Assembly: GCA_001600695.1 (NCBI GenBank)
Contig: BCKQ01000013.1
Span: forward strand, 64,045-128,044
Source: Ascoidea asiatica JCM 7603
Taxonomy: Eukaryota > Fungi > Ascomycota
Length of the DNA stretch: 64,000 nt
Direction of reading: 5' to 3'
Shown here: one piece after another, positions 43,993-53,859 of the stretch
How the letters are laid out: each line of letters opens with the position of its first letter
Position numbering within the stretch: position 1 is the stretch's first letter
Translations under genes and position numbers: made by a program
The notes under the pieces: generated by a model
What the model was told of the DNA's origin: nothing
Databases searched by the model: none
The model's input: only the letters and a program-made list of their open reading frames with translations

Positions 43993-46581
43993 ATGTCTAA
44001 AAGAGGTGCAGCTTTTCAAATTAATAAGGATAGAAAAGGTTATGATTCTGAAGATGATGATAAACCTGCAATTCCAATCATTGCTTCAAATGATATTTTA
44101 TCTAAAAGAAAAATTTTAAAACCAAGATCAAGAAGAAATATTGGCGGTGATATAAATACTTTTAATAATTTAATTCCTAAAAATTCTTCTATTCCTTCTA
44201 ATTTACCAACTCCAAATCCTTCTTTTAATCAAGATCAACAAATTCAACAATCTTCCAAACCTTATAAAATTGATGATGAACCAAAGAAAATTAATCCATT
44301 TGCAATATTTTCAAATAAATCTCCAAAATTTAATGGTTTATCAACTTCAAAACCAAAATCATTTCCAATTTTTTCAAATAATGATAAAAATTCAATCTCA
44401 AATTTAAATACAAATCAATTTAAATTTAATAATAACAATAATAAAGAAAATTCGATTGCAACTATTTCAAATTCAAATATATTAATTAATAATAATAATA
44501 TTAGTAATGTTAGTAATAATACTACTAAAAACTTATCCACTAATAATAATAATAACAATATCAATATCAATAATAAAGATAATGATAACTCGATTATGGC
44601 TTCTCAAATTAAAGCTTTAAATGAAAATTTCATGAAAACTTTAATAATAACAACAAGAGATGAACCTTTAGCTAATTATTCTGAATATTGTGAAAAATAT
44701 ATTAATTATTATAAAGATATTAGAAATGGTAAACTTCCTTTACCTTCTACTACATCCTCTTTACCTCCATCATCATCATCATCTTCTTCTCAATCTACTA
44801 TTAAAAATTCAATTATCAATAATCAATTACCTTCTTCTTCTTCAAATAAATTATTAGAAAGTTCAAAAGAATCTCAAAGTATTTTTAATAATAATATCAA
44901 TACTAATACTAATACTAAAAATAGTCTTTTTTCTTTCATACCTAAAAATACAACTAACAATGAAAACAATAATAATACAAATACTCCTAAAAAATCATTA
45001 TTCCCAATAATAAAACAAGAAGATAAAATTCCTTCTTTAAGTTTTAATTTCTCTAATGATAAATCTAATGATAAATCTAATGAAAAATCTAATGATAAAT
45101 CCAATAATAAAGTTTTTGATTTTGGTAAAAAAACTGGTTTACCTGCAAAAGGTTTTACATTTAATGTAAATAATAATATTACTCCAAGTATTTTTACTAG
45201 TAACTCTAATGATAATAATAATAATAATAATAATAAAGAAACTGAAACAGAAAAACAAGAAGAAAAAGCAAAAGCAGGAGATACAAAAATTGAAAATAAA
45301 AAAGTTGGCTTTACATTTAATGCACCTTCAAAATCAAATAATTCTCCTTTTAAATTTGGTAATGATTTAAAAAAAAATACTAATAATAATGAAAATGAAA
45401 ATAAGAATGAAAAACCTAAAGGTCCTGTATTTACAATTGATAAATCAAAAATTGAAAATAAAAATCCTGTATTCAAATTCAATTCAAAAGATAATACATC
45501 TACTAAAAAAATAGAAGAAAAAGTAAATGAAAAAGTTGAGGAAAAACCAAAAGAAAATAAAATTGAACCCAAAAAACCAATTTTTTCTTTCAATACTTCA
45601 AATTCTAATTCTAATACTAATTCAATCTCAAATTCAATTTCAAATTCAAACTCAATTTTTGGTAATCCTTCATCATCAATATTTGGTAATAATAATAACA
45701 ATGGTTCTTTAACCAAAAATGATGATACCAAGAAAGCTTCAAATGAACCTAAAAATGAAGATACTAACCAAGATAAAAAACCAATATTTTCATTTACTTC
45801 TAATAATTCAAATCCATTTAGTTTTACATCAAAACCAACAAATGAAAATAGCAATAAAGATACTAATTCTGCTTCTTTATTTCCAAAATTTTCATTTACA
45901 TCAAATTCAAACTTAAATTCAAATAATACAAATAACACAAATAATACAATTAATGAAAGTTCAAATAAATCTACTTTTTCTTTTACACCAAGTAATACCA
46001 ATAATACTACCAATAATAGTACTAGTAGTGTATTTGGAAATACAAATGGATTTAAATTTTCATTTATTCCAGTGAAGCCAAATGAAACAAATGGAGAAAC
46101 TATTAATAAAGTAACAGAAAATAACTTAGGAACAAATCAAGAAAGTAAATCAGATTCTAATATAAATACAACTAATGCTACTTCTAATAATACGGAAAAT
46201 AATAATGATATAAATGGACATACAGGACCAACTGGAGAAGAAGATGAAGAAGTCAAATTTACTCAAAAATGTAGATTATTAGAATTTAATAAAGAAGAAA
46301 AAAAATTTGACTCAAAAGGTTTAGGATTTTTAAAGATTTTATATAATAAAGAAAATAAAAAATCAAGATTTTTATTAAGAGCAGAAGGATCAGACAGAAT
46401 TTTATATAATAATTTTTTAAATAAAAAAATTAATTATGAAATTGTTGGAAAATATATAAAAGTTCCAACACCAATTGTTGATAAAGATGGTAAACAATCT
46501 TTAAATGTTTTTATGTTTAGAGTTAAAGATAATAGTGAATTAATTAAAATGATTAATGAAGTGAAAGATCTTATTGATTAA
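43993..46581 (+). CDS. NUP2: Nucleoporin Nup2/Nup50
   Basis: N-terminal MSKRGAAFQI..D and SKRKILKPRSR, KALNENF, FxF repeats, C-terminal RanBD (GEEDEE...KGLGFLKIL...SRFLLRAEG). Confidence 0.9.
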   Translation: MSKRGAAFQINKDRKGYDSEDDDKPAIPIIASNDILSKRKILKPRSRRNIGGDINTFNNLIPKNSSIPSNLPTPNPSFNQDQQIQQSSKPYKIDDEPKKINPFAIFSNKSPKFNGLSTSKPKSFPIFSNNDKNSISNLNTNQFKFNNNNNKENSIATISNSNILINNNNISNVSNNTTKNLSTNNNNNNININNKDNDNSIMASQIKALNENFMKTLIITTRDEPLANYSEYCEKYINYYKDIRNGKLPLPSTTSSLPPSSSSSSSQSTIKNSIINNQLPSSSSNKLLESSKESQSIFNNNINTNTNTKNSLFSFIPKNTTNNENNNNTNTPKKSLFPIIKQEDKIPSLSFNFSNDKSNDKSNEKSNDKSNNKVFDFGKKTGLPAKGFTFNVNNNITPSIFTSNSNDNNNNNNNKETETEKQEEKAKAGDTKIENKKVGFTFNAPSKSNNSPFKFGNDLKKNTNNNENENKNEKPKGPVFTIDKSKIENKNPVFKFNSKDNTSTKKIEEKVNEKVEEKPKENKIEPKKPIFSFNTSNSNSNTNSISNSISNSNSIFGNPSSSIFGNNNNNGSLTKNDDTKKASNEPKNEDTNQDKKPIFSFTSNNSNPFSFTSKPTNENSNKDTNSASLFPKFSFTSNSNLNSNNTNNTNNTINESSNKSTFSFTPSNTNNTTNNSTSSVFGNTNGFKFSFIPVKPNETNGETINKVTENNLGTNQESKSDSNINTTNATSNNTENNNDINGHTGPTGEEDEEVKFTQKCRLLEFNKEEKKFDSKGLGFLKILYNKENKKSRFLLRAEGSDRILYNNFLNKKINYEIVGKYIKVPTPIVDKDGKQSLNVFMFRVKDNSELIKMINEVKDLID

Positions 46582-47357
46582 AGATTTTTTTAAAATACTT
46601 TATTTATATTTTTTTCCACTTTTTCTTTATGATTTGCAAAATTTAATTTTAATTTTTATTTTAGTCTTTCATTTTTTTAATTTTATAAATTTTCAAATTT
46701 CTTTTTGCTTTTATATAATTTTTTGCTGAAACTTATTGGCTCACTTGTTCTTCAAAATTTGTTAGAACTTAACCTAACTTATCTTAACCTAAACTCTTTT
46801 TTCAAATTATTATAATATTATCACTCATTAGACTATTATGCTGAATACGTATTTTCCAAATAATTTTATTAATTCATTTCAATTTAATTTAATTCAACAA
46901 AAAAACAAACAAACAACCTTATTATATGAATAACTAGAACTGTAGTTGATTGTATTTTCTCTTCATGACTTTGATCAAATTATAGACTACAACTGGATTC
47001 AATTTAAAAAATAGGTTCAAGACTTTAAAGAGATTAGTAAGTGAAAGCTAAAAACAACTCAAGGACAAATGGTATACTGAACATGAAAATCTTGTGCCAT
47101 TTCCAGGCCTCGAAACATTTTTGTGAAAGCAACCGTGGCTCAAGTTTAAAGTTCGAAATGTCATCACGCCAGGATTGAGGTAGCCCTAAAAATGAGACCA
47201 AATATATGGATATTTTAGAGTAAATCCAGTTATTTGGTTTTTCTACTAAAGACCACTTTTGTGGCTCTAATTGCTACGACCAGTTGTAAGGTACTTATTA
47301 TGAGACCGGGTTTGTGGTTGTAGTATAACATTCAAGCAGTTCAATTTAAAGTATTTA

Positions 47358-47561
47358 TCCCTTTAATACAAGAATTTGTGCTTTTTGTCGTAAAGCTGTT
47401 TTTGGGTTGAACGAGCAGGTGCAAACCTGTATTAAAAAAACCAAAATTAGTTTAGCTTTTATAGATGAGTATTAAATACCTTTTCCGTTTGATACTCACG
47501 TGCGTGGTTTGATTCTTAAAACGCTATACGACAAAAAGCACAAATGCTTGTATTAAAGGGA
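47358..47561. mobile_element. 204-bp MITE-like element with 35-bp terminal inverted repeats (right-arm copy)
   Basis: 47358-47392 and 47527-47561 are reverse complements with 1 mismatch. Confidence 0.5.
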
Positions 47562-47810
47562 CATAAGTTAATAATTAAGGTTCCAGCGACATGCAGGAAG
47601 CATAACCTTAATTAACCTTAAATTTCTATCTTCGAAAATCATTTATGTTTGCTTTATTTTTGTTAGCAAATTTATGAAATATCTATGTTTTTCCAACTCA
47701 AATATTTAATATTTAGTATCTGTGAATGAATATATAAAAACAGAACTTTCCCCTAAAAGGGTTCTTATTTTTTTACTTTAATTTATAGATCATTAATAAT
47801 TAATTCAATA

Positions 47811-49043
47811 ATGTCTAGTGGAAAACTTAAGGTTATATAATTTAATCCTTCAAATTTAAATCTAATCCCAAATGTAAATGTTAACAAAAAAAAAGAAGAC
47901 AATAAAAATGAAAATGATATTGAACTGAAAACAATTAATGAAAAATCTCAATATGCATATAAATTGATAAATAGTGCTTTACCTCCAAATTTCAATGTTA
48001 GGGACACAAGATTATTTATTAAAATACCTTTCTTCATTAATGGAAGCAAAACTTCAAATTGCAAATATGAATACGGATCTGAAACCATTTTTGTTGGAGT
48101 TTTTTTCTTCTGATTCCTTTAGAATAGATTCCGATTTTTTTGATAAGTTTTCTTCTATGAAATCACACTCCAATAATGATAAATTAACTGATAATCCCAG
48201 AGATAATGCATAAAGCAAAATGACTTAATGAATTCACTGGGTCTATATTTGGCTGTTGGGAATGAAAATTATTGTGTGTTTGGAAAAATGTATTTTGAAG
48301 TACTTACTTGGAGTCTTGAAGATTTGCTTCCCAACCTTGATTTAAACCTTAGTAGTAATGATAATTTTATAATCTAATTGAACCACTAAAAATGGCAGGA
48401 AATAGAATCAAACAAGTGAGGGAAAATAAAAAAGGTGTAATACATTATTATTACCACTATCATAAAACAATATATCTTGTCATCGAAAAATCAAAAGCTT
48501 GATATAGCTAAAGACTATTCTGAATTCCATTTATTTCATATACTTATTTTCTTTATTTCATATACATATTTTTTTTAAGTTAAATAATCTATGGAATCAG
48601 TGGTTTTATTATATTTTAACACCTTCTGACCTCTAGAATATGGCTCTTTAAGATCATTTCAGACCCTTTTTCTCATGATTTTAACTCATATACCATTTTC
48701 AATTTCATAATATAATCAAATAATGATTGTCAATCATCAATTGCTACAACTGGAGTAACATTTTTAACAATAACAGTCTCTAATGGAAAGTTTTTTTATA
48801 CAACTTTTCTTACACAAGCTGCAAATGAATTTGAATACTATTACAATTTCAGCAATTTCAACAATTTCAAATGATGTAGAGGAATCTTCAACTGTCAGTT
48901 CAATGAAGGTAGAGAATGGATGTTCACAGTCTGATAATACAATCACAGACTCAATAAGTAATACAGTTTTTCAAACCAGTGAAGATTTATTATCCGATAA
49001 TCTAATTCAATTCAATTACTATATACATTCATCTACCAAATAA
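47811..49043 (+). pseudogene. Decayed ORF of unknown family (right-arm copy)
   Basis: ATG at 47811: MSSGKLKVI*FNPSNLNLIP...SALPPNF, then shifted frames QDYLLKYLSSLMEAKLQ...DNA*, QNDLMNSLGLYLAVGNENYCVFGKMYFEVLTWSLEDLLP...*LNH*KWQEIESNK*, and MESFFIQLFLHKLQ...SSTK*. Confidence 0.45.
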
Positions 49044-51641
49044 TCATTTTATATCTTTTGGATCAATCGAAACATCAATGTCATCAATTCTTTCATTATC
49101 CATTATTGCCTTGATGGCTTTACTCATAGCTTCCATATCTGTCATTAAACTAACATGACCACGATCTGAAATGAATTTTCCTGCAATTGGAAATCCCTTT
49201 TTTTCTGGCATCAATGTCTTATAATAAACAACTCCATCCCCAATACCATACTTGAAATCTCCATATTCACCTCTTTCTAATCCATTATATCCATCTTTCA
49301 ACCAACACCCCCTTAACGTTGGCACTTGATCTCCATAAACAACTGCCAACGGAGGATATTTATCTTTCAATTCGTCTTTATAATCCAATTCATTTAAAAA
49401 TTTCTTGGTTCTTTTCAATGTTCTATCTAAATATTCATAAGATTCTTCAAATGTTATAGGATATTGAATTTGATTTTCAATATCATTATCCAAATCGATA
49501 CTATTATTATAATTATCATGATTAGGAAAACGCCCATTTTGGATATTATCGTAGTTTATACTATCCATTTGAATTCTATTATAATATATTTTTCTCTTGT
49601 TATTGTAATTCTCTTTATCAACTAACGGCGATAATTTGTATTTAACCCAGTTATCAACATTAAAATAATCAACAATCAACTCTTCTTTTGTGTCTTTATC
49701 TGCGAAACATTTACCATCTAAGGGTAAAAACACATAACTCGATCTCATTAAAAAATTGACCTGTGCACTTAAGATTTTATTATTTAACAATATTGAATCT
49801 CCATATCTCATTGGTCCTAGAATATTCGGACATGAACTAGGAACTCCTATATAAATCAATCCTCTAATCAATTCAGGTTCTTTATTCAAAACATGATGGG
49901 CAATCAATCCTCCCATTGAATGAGCAAGTATGAGAATCCCTTTTCTTTTGGTGATTTCAAAATTGGTATTTGAATAAATTGTTTTTAGGAATCTTAATAA
50001 TTTTTTCGAATTTAAATCACTTGATAATCTCCAATCATAACCAAATTCCCAAACTTTTGATTTATTTAGATTAGTTAGCTTTTTGATTAATTTTCGACTT
50101 ATATCAATTGGTCCAATATGTGTCAACATACTACTTGAATAAACTAAATTTTCATCCATTTCTATTTCATCACTATCTTTTGGTCCAATAATTAAATTGA
50201 TTTTAGTTAAATTGAATCCTGCTTTCAATGGAATCCATAATCTTCTATTATTTGATTTATTTCGTAAAATACTACCTCTATAACCACCTAAAATAACTAT
50301 ATCCCCATTCAAATTATCAAAAATGGAATCAATTTCCTCAAATGAATTTAAAATATTCGGTGTTAATAATTTCTTAACAGCTCTAAATCTAGTATTATCT
50401 TGCTTATTAACATCTTTGAATAAAATTTGTTCCTCAAATGTTGAAATACTTTCTTGTCTTTTTAATTTTAGTTTAATTTCTTCTTTTACATTTGGTTCAT
50501 TGGTGTAATTATTATGAGGGGTAGTAGTAGTAGCAGTAGCAGTAGTAGTAGCATTATTACTACCAGCATGTTTGAGTGGTGAAGATAATGGAGATGAGGA
50601 TAATTTATTTGTAAAGGAATTTAAAGGATTGGCAAAAGGCAAAGAAAATGAAAATATTTTATGAGATTCTAAAGTTAATAATTTTTTATTATTAGTATAA
50701 TAATTTTTAAATTTATTTGTTAAATTTATTGAAGATATGGATGATAATGAAGGTAATGAAGGTAATGAGGATAAAGAATTGGCTGAAATTGAGGATATTG
50801 ATTTTTTATGGGATCTATTCATGAACGATTTCAAATCAAAATTGAAGTTTTTACTTTTGTTATTGTTATTGTTATTGTTAACTTCAGTTTTTGATTTTAG
50901 TTTTAGAATTTTTATATTTTTATTATTTTGAGTAGGTTTGAAATTGGGTTCTGTTGAAGATTGTTTGATTGTTGTTTTCTTGAAAGTTTTATTATTTTGG
51001 TTATCATTATTGATTTGATTGACCTCATTAACCTGGCTAGCATTATTAACTTCGGTATCTTCTATATCTTTTATATCTTTTATATCTTTTATGTCTTCTA
51101 TATCTTGATCATTTTGAATGATTTTTTGGGATTCATGAACCGAACAACCACCTATTATTGAAGAAGCAGTACTTCTATCAATAGTTTTGGTATTTGAAGT
51201 ATCCAAATATTGATTATAATCTTGAATAGAATCAGTTTCTTCATCTGCTTCTGCTTCTATTTCTTCTTCTTCTTCTCTGTCCTGTTCATTTTCTTCTTCA
51301 TATTCTCCTTCTTCGTCTTGATTTATAATCTTATTGTTATTGTTATTGTTATTGTTGTCAATTGCCGATTTATTGAGAGATTTACTTGAAGATAGTGTTG
51401 AAAGGGATAAATTTGAACCAGAAGATAATAAATCATTTATATTACTTGGATTCAAAGTAACTGGACTCATTGGAAGAGAAACAGGCGATTTAATAGAACC
51501 ATTCATTTGATCCAATTGATCTAAATGATCCAATCCATCCGATTGATATGATTGATTTCTTGGTGTAGAATCATTGGAATCGATTATTGGACTTATTGGA
51601 GGAGTACCAGAATGATTATAGTTTTTTACATTAGGAACCAT
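49044..51641 (-). CDS. LCAT/PGAP1-like alpha/beta hydrolase (YJR098C-like) with long disordered N-terminus; intact copy
   Basis: IVILGGYRGSIL, RRLWIP, FGYDWRLS, AHSMGG nucleophile elbow, GDGVV (Asp) and GHVSLM (His). Confidence 0.88.
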   Translation of the reverse strand: MVPNVKNYNHSGTPPISPIIDSNDSTPRNQSYQSDGLDHLDQLDQMNGSIKSPVSLPMSPVTLNPSNINDLLSSGSNLSLSTLSSSKSLNKSAIDNNNNNNNNKIINQDEEGEYEEENEQDREEEEEIEAEADEETDSIQDYNQYLDTSNTKTIDRSTASSIIGGCSVHESQKIIQNDQDIEDIKDIKDIKDIEDTEVNNASQVNEVNQINNDNQNNKTFKKTTIKQSSTEPNFKPTQNNKNIKILKLKSKTEVNNNNNNNKSKNFNFDLKSFMNRSHKKSISSISANSLSSLPSLPSLSSISSINLTNKFKNYYTNNKKLLTLESHKIFSFSLPFANPLNSFTNKLSSSPLSSPLKHAGSNNATTTATATTTTPHNNYTNEPNVKEEIKLKLKRQESISTFEEQILFKDVNKQDNTRFRAVKKLLTPNILNSFEEIDSIFDNLNGDIVILGGYRGSILRNKSNNRRLWIPLKAGFNLTKINLIIGPKDSDEIEMDENLVYSSSMLTHIGPIDISRKLIKKLTNLNKSKVWEFGYDWRLSSDLNSKKLLRFLKTIYSNTNFEITKRKGILILAHSMGGLIAHHVLNKEPELIRGLIYIGVPSSCPNILGPMRYGDSILLNNKILSAQVNFLMRSSYVFLPLDGKCFADKDTKEELIVDYFNVDNWVKYKLSPLVDKENYNNKRKIYYNRIQMDSINYDNIQNGRFPNHDNYNNSIDLDNDIENQIQYPITFEESYEYLDRTLKRTKKFLNELDYKDELKDKYPPLAVVYGDQVPTLRGCWLKDGYNGLERGEYGDFKYGIGDGVVYYKTLMPEKKGFPIAGKFISDRGHVSLMTDMEAMSKAIKAIMDNERIDDIDVSIDPKDIK

Positions 51642-52737
51642 TTTAGATATTTACAAATTAGTTTTTTCAAATTATGTACAGAACTCAATGATATTTACAG
51701 GAAATTGAGAAGAATTTATACGATATATTCATATATAAAATAGAATAGGAATATGAAATAATAGGAGGAATTGTTGGAAACAATCAGTATTTGGTCATTC
51801 TAAAGATTTCGTTTACTTTTCTTTTCAGTAAGTTAATAGATCGTTTTTTTTCTCAGATGAATTGTAAGAATATTATGATATGAATTAGCTAATAACTGGG
51901 TAATAATTTGCTTAAACTTCAATTCTTGTGCCTTTAATAAAAAAAATAGATTTATTTTTGAAAACATTGAGATCAGTGCAAGTTCAGCAGCTTCAACGGC
52001 AGAAAAAAAAGCTTGTTTGCAGTTCAAGCTCAGAATTTAGGATTGTTCGGAACTGGCGTGAAGGTAGAAAAGCGCGGGACTAGGCAGGATAAAAAGCAGG
52101 CCTCGCTTCGGAACCACAAAAAACAACAATAATCCCGATGAAGGGGCAAAGGTGCTGAAAATTAGGGACAATTATATCAGTGCATGAGACATTTGGGTGG
52201 GGATTCCAGGAAGCACATTTTGATAGTGCACATGAAACTACTTCATTTAAAATGTTTATAAAATAAGCCCACATTATGCTAAATTATTACTAATCGTGTC
52301 ACATGATGCTACGTAATTGTCTAAATGCTTATTTTTACGCCACCACTGCCACAACTTCTACTGCCACTCCCATTTGTTCACCCTTTATGGGGCTGTAGGG
52401 CTTTTTTTGTCTGCGATGACTCCAAAAATTGGTGACGAGAAATTCGGCAAGTGATGTAAACGATACTGTAAAGTATGAGTATGATTGGAATATCAATGGA
52501 ATATTGAAGCGATAATATTTGATTTAGGTGAAGGATAACTGAAAAAAAATATACTCAAAGGTAAACTGAAGATTTTATGAATTGACTCATAATTAATATA
52601 ACGTGAGATTTAAACTAAGAAAAATATCCATAAACTTATTATTTAATCTAATAAGAAAAAGTATATAACGTTAATAATAATAATAAATAATATAGTAGAA
52701 TAAAATAATAATATAATAAGGAACAACATATAGAAAA

Positions 52738-53475
52738 ATGACTACGGATATAAATTCAAGTAATAAAAAGGACGATTCCAAATTGGAAGAAGAAAATAAG
52801 GAAGAAAAACCTTTAGTATTTGCACCAAAAACTTATCAATATAATAAAGGGGAATTGAAAATTGAAGAAGTTTCCAAAGATCCAATTAAACAATTTCAAA
52901 AATGGTTTGAAGAAGCTTTAATATCTTCAAATGAACCAATTCCAGAAGCTGTAACTTTTTCAACAGCAAGTTTACCTTCAGGTAGAGTTTCTTCAAGAAC
53001 TTTATTATTTAAACAATTAGATCATAAAGGATTTATAATTTTTTCAAATTGGGATAATTCTAAAAAAAAAAATGATATTATGACAAATTCATTTGCATCA
53101 ATGAATTTTTTTTGGAAAAATTTACAAAGAACAGTAAGAGTTGAAGGTAAATGCGAGTTTATAAACAAAGAGTTGAATTTTAACTATTTTAAAACAAGAC
53201 CAAGAGGTTCAAAAATTGGTGCTTGGTCAAGCCCTCAAAGTCAAATTATACCAAATAAAGAATTTTTAAATAATTTAGTTGAGAAAAATACTGAAAAATT
53301 TAAAAATTTAAAAGATGATGAAATTCCATGTCCTGATTATTGGGGTGGTATTAGATTAGTTCCTTTAGAAATTGAATTTTGGCAAGGTGGTTCAAGTCGT
53401 TTACATGATAGAATTACTTATAGAAGAGATTCAATTGATGATAAAAATTGGAAAATATATAGAATTGCTCCATAA
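52738..53475 (+). CDS. PDX3: Pyridoxine/pyridoxamine 5'-phosphate oxidase
   Basis: DPIKQFQKWF, GRVSSRTLLFK, YFKTRPRGSKIGAWSSPQS, WGG and IEFWQG..SRLHDR. Confidence 0.97.
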   Translation: MTTDINSSNKKDDSKLEEENKEEKPLVFAPKTYQYNKGELKIEEVSKDPIKQFQKWFEEALISSNEPIPEAVTFSTASLPSGRVSSRTLLFKQLDHKGFIIFSNWDNSKKKNDIMTNSFASMNFFWKNLQRTVRVEGKCEFINKELNFNYFKTRPRGSKIGAWSSPQSQIIPNKEFLNNLVEKNTEKFKNLKDDEIPCPDYWGGIRLVPLEIEFWQGGSSRLHDRITYRRDSIDDKNWKIYRIAP

Positions 53476-53859
53476 TTCCTACTTTACTTTAATTTCATTT
53501 TTTTTAATTTTATTTATATATAATTTTATGCTTCAAATTTCTTTTTATCATTACTCATCTCTATACAATCAATAAATCACTAAACCTTTTCATGAATTAC
53601 CTTTTATTCTTCAATTTTCTATATTCTTACTTCCATTTTTTCTTTAACCTTTATTTCTATTAGATTTGGAAAAAATCCAAAACAATCACGTGTTGTTATT
53701 CTGAATACCAAAAACTTTAATATTCTCTTTGATATAATCAAAACAATGATTAAAACCAGAATCAAAAGAAGGTCTATTTGATTCGTTTGAGGAATTCAAT
53801 GAATTTAATAGATAATTCATTGAGTTGAAGTCCAATTGAAACAAAAGAAGAACAAAAAA

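Larger units (their letters stand above)
47137..52218 (-). repeat. Right arm (5082 bp) of the long inverted repeat
   Basis: Reverse complement of 23052-28131; 2 bp longer because it lacks the deletion. Confidence 0.97.

Noticed and set aside
44874-46013. 379-aa antisense ORF and other shadow ORFs (e.g. 17958-18335, 40157-40540, 32245-32640)
   Set aside because: Antisense or off-frame to real genes or low-complexity DNA, with no motifs.
46960-47080. Coding-like relic between NUP2 and the right arm (HDFDQIIDYNWIQFKK*VQDFKEISK*)
   Set aside because: Too short and interrupted to support without a search.
28132-47136. Mating-type locus
   Set aside because: No HMG, alpha-box or homeodomain ORF and no SLA2-like neighbour is recognisable; only the geometry resembles MAT flip/flop loci.
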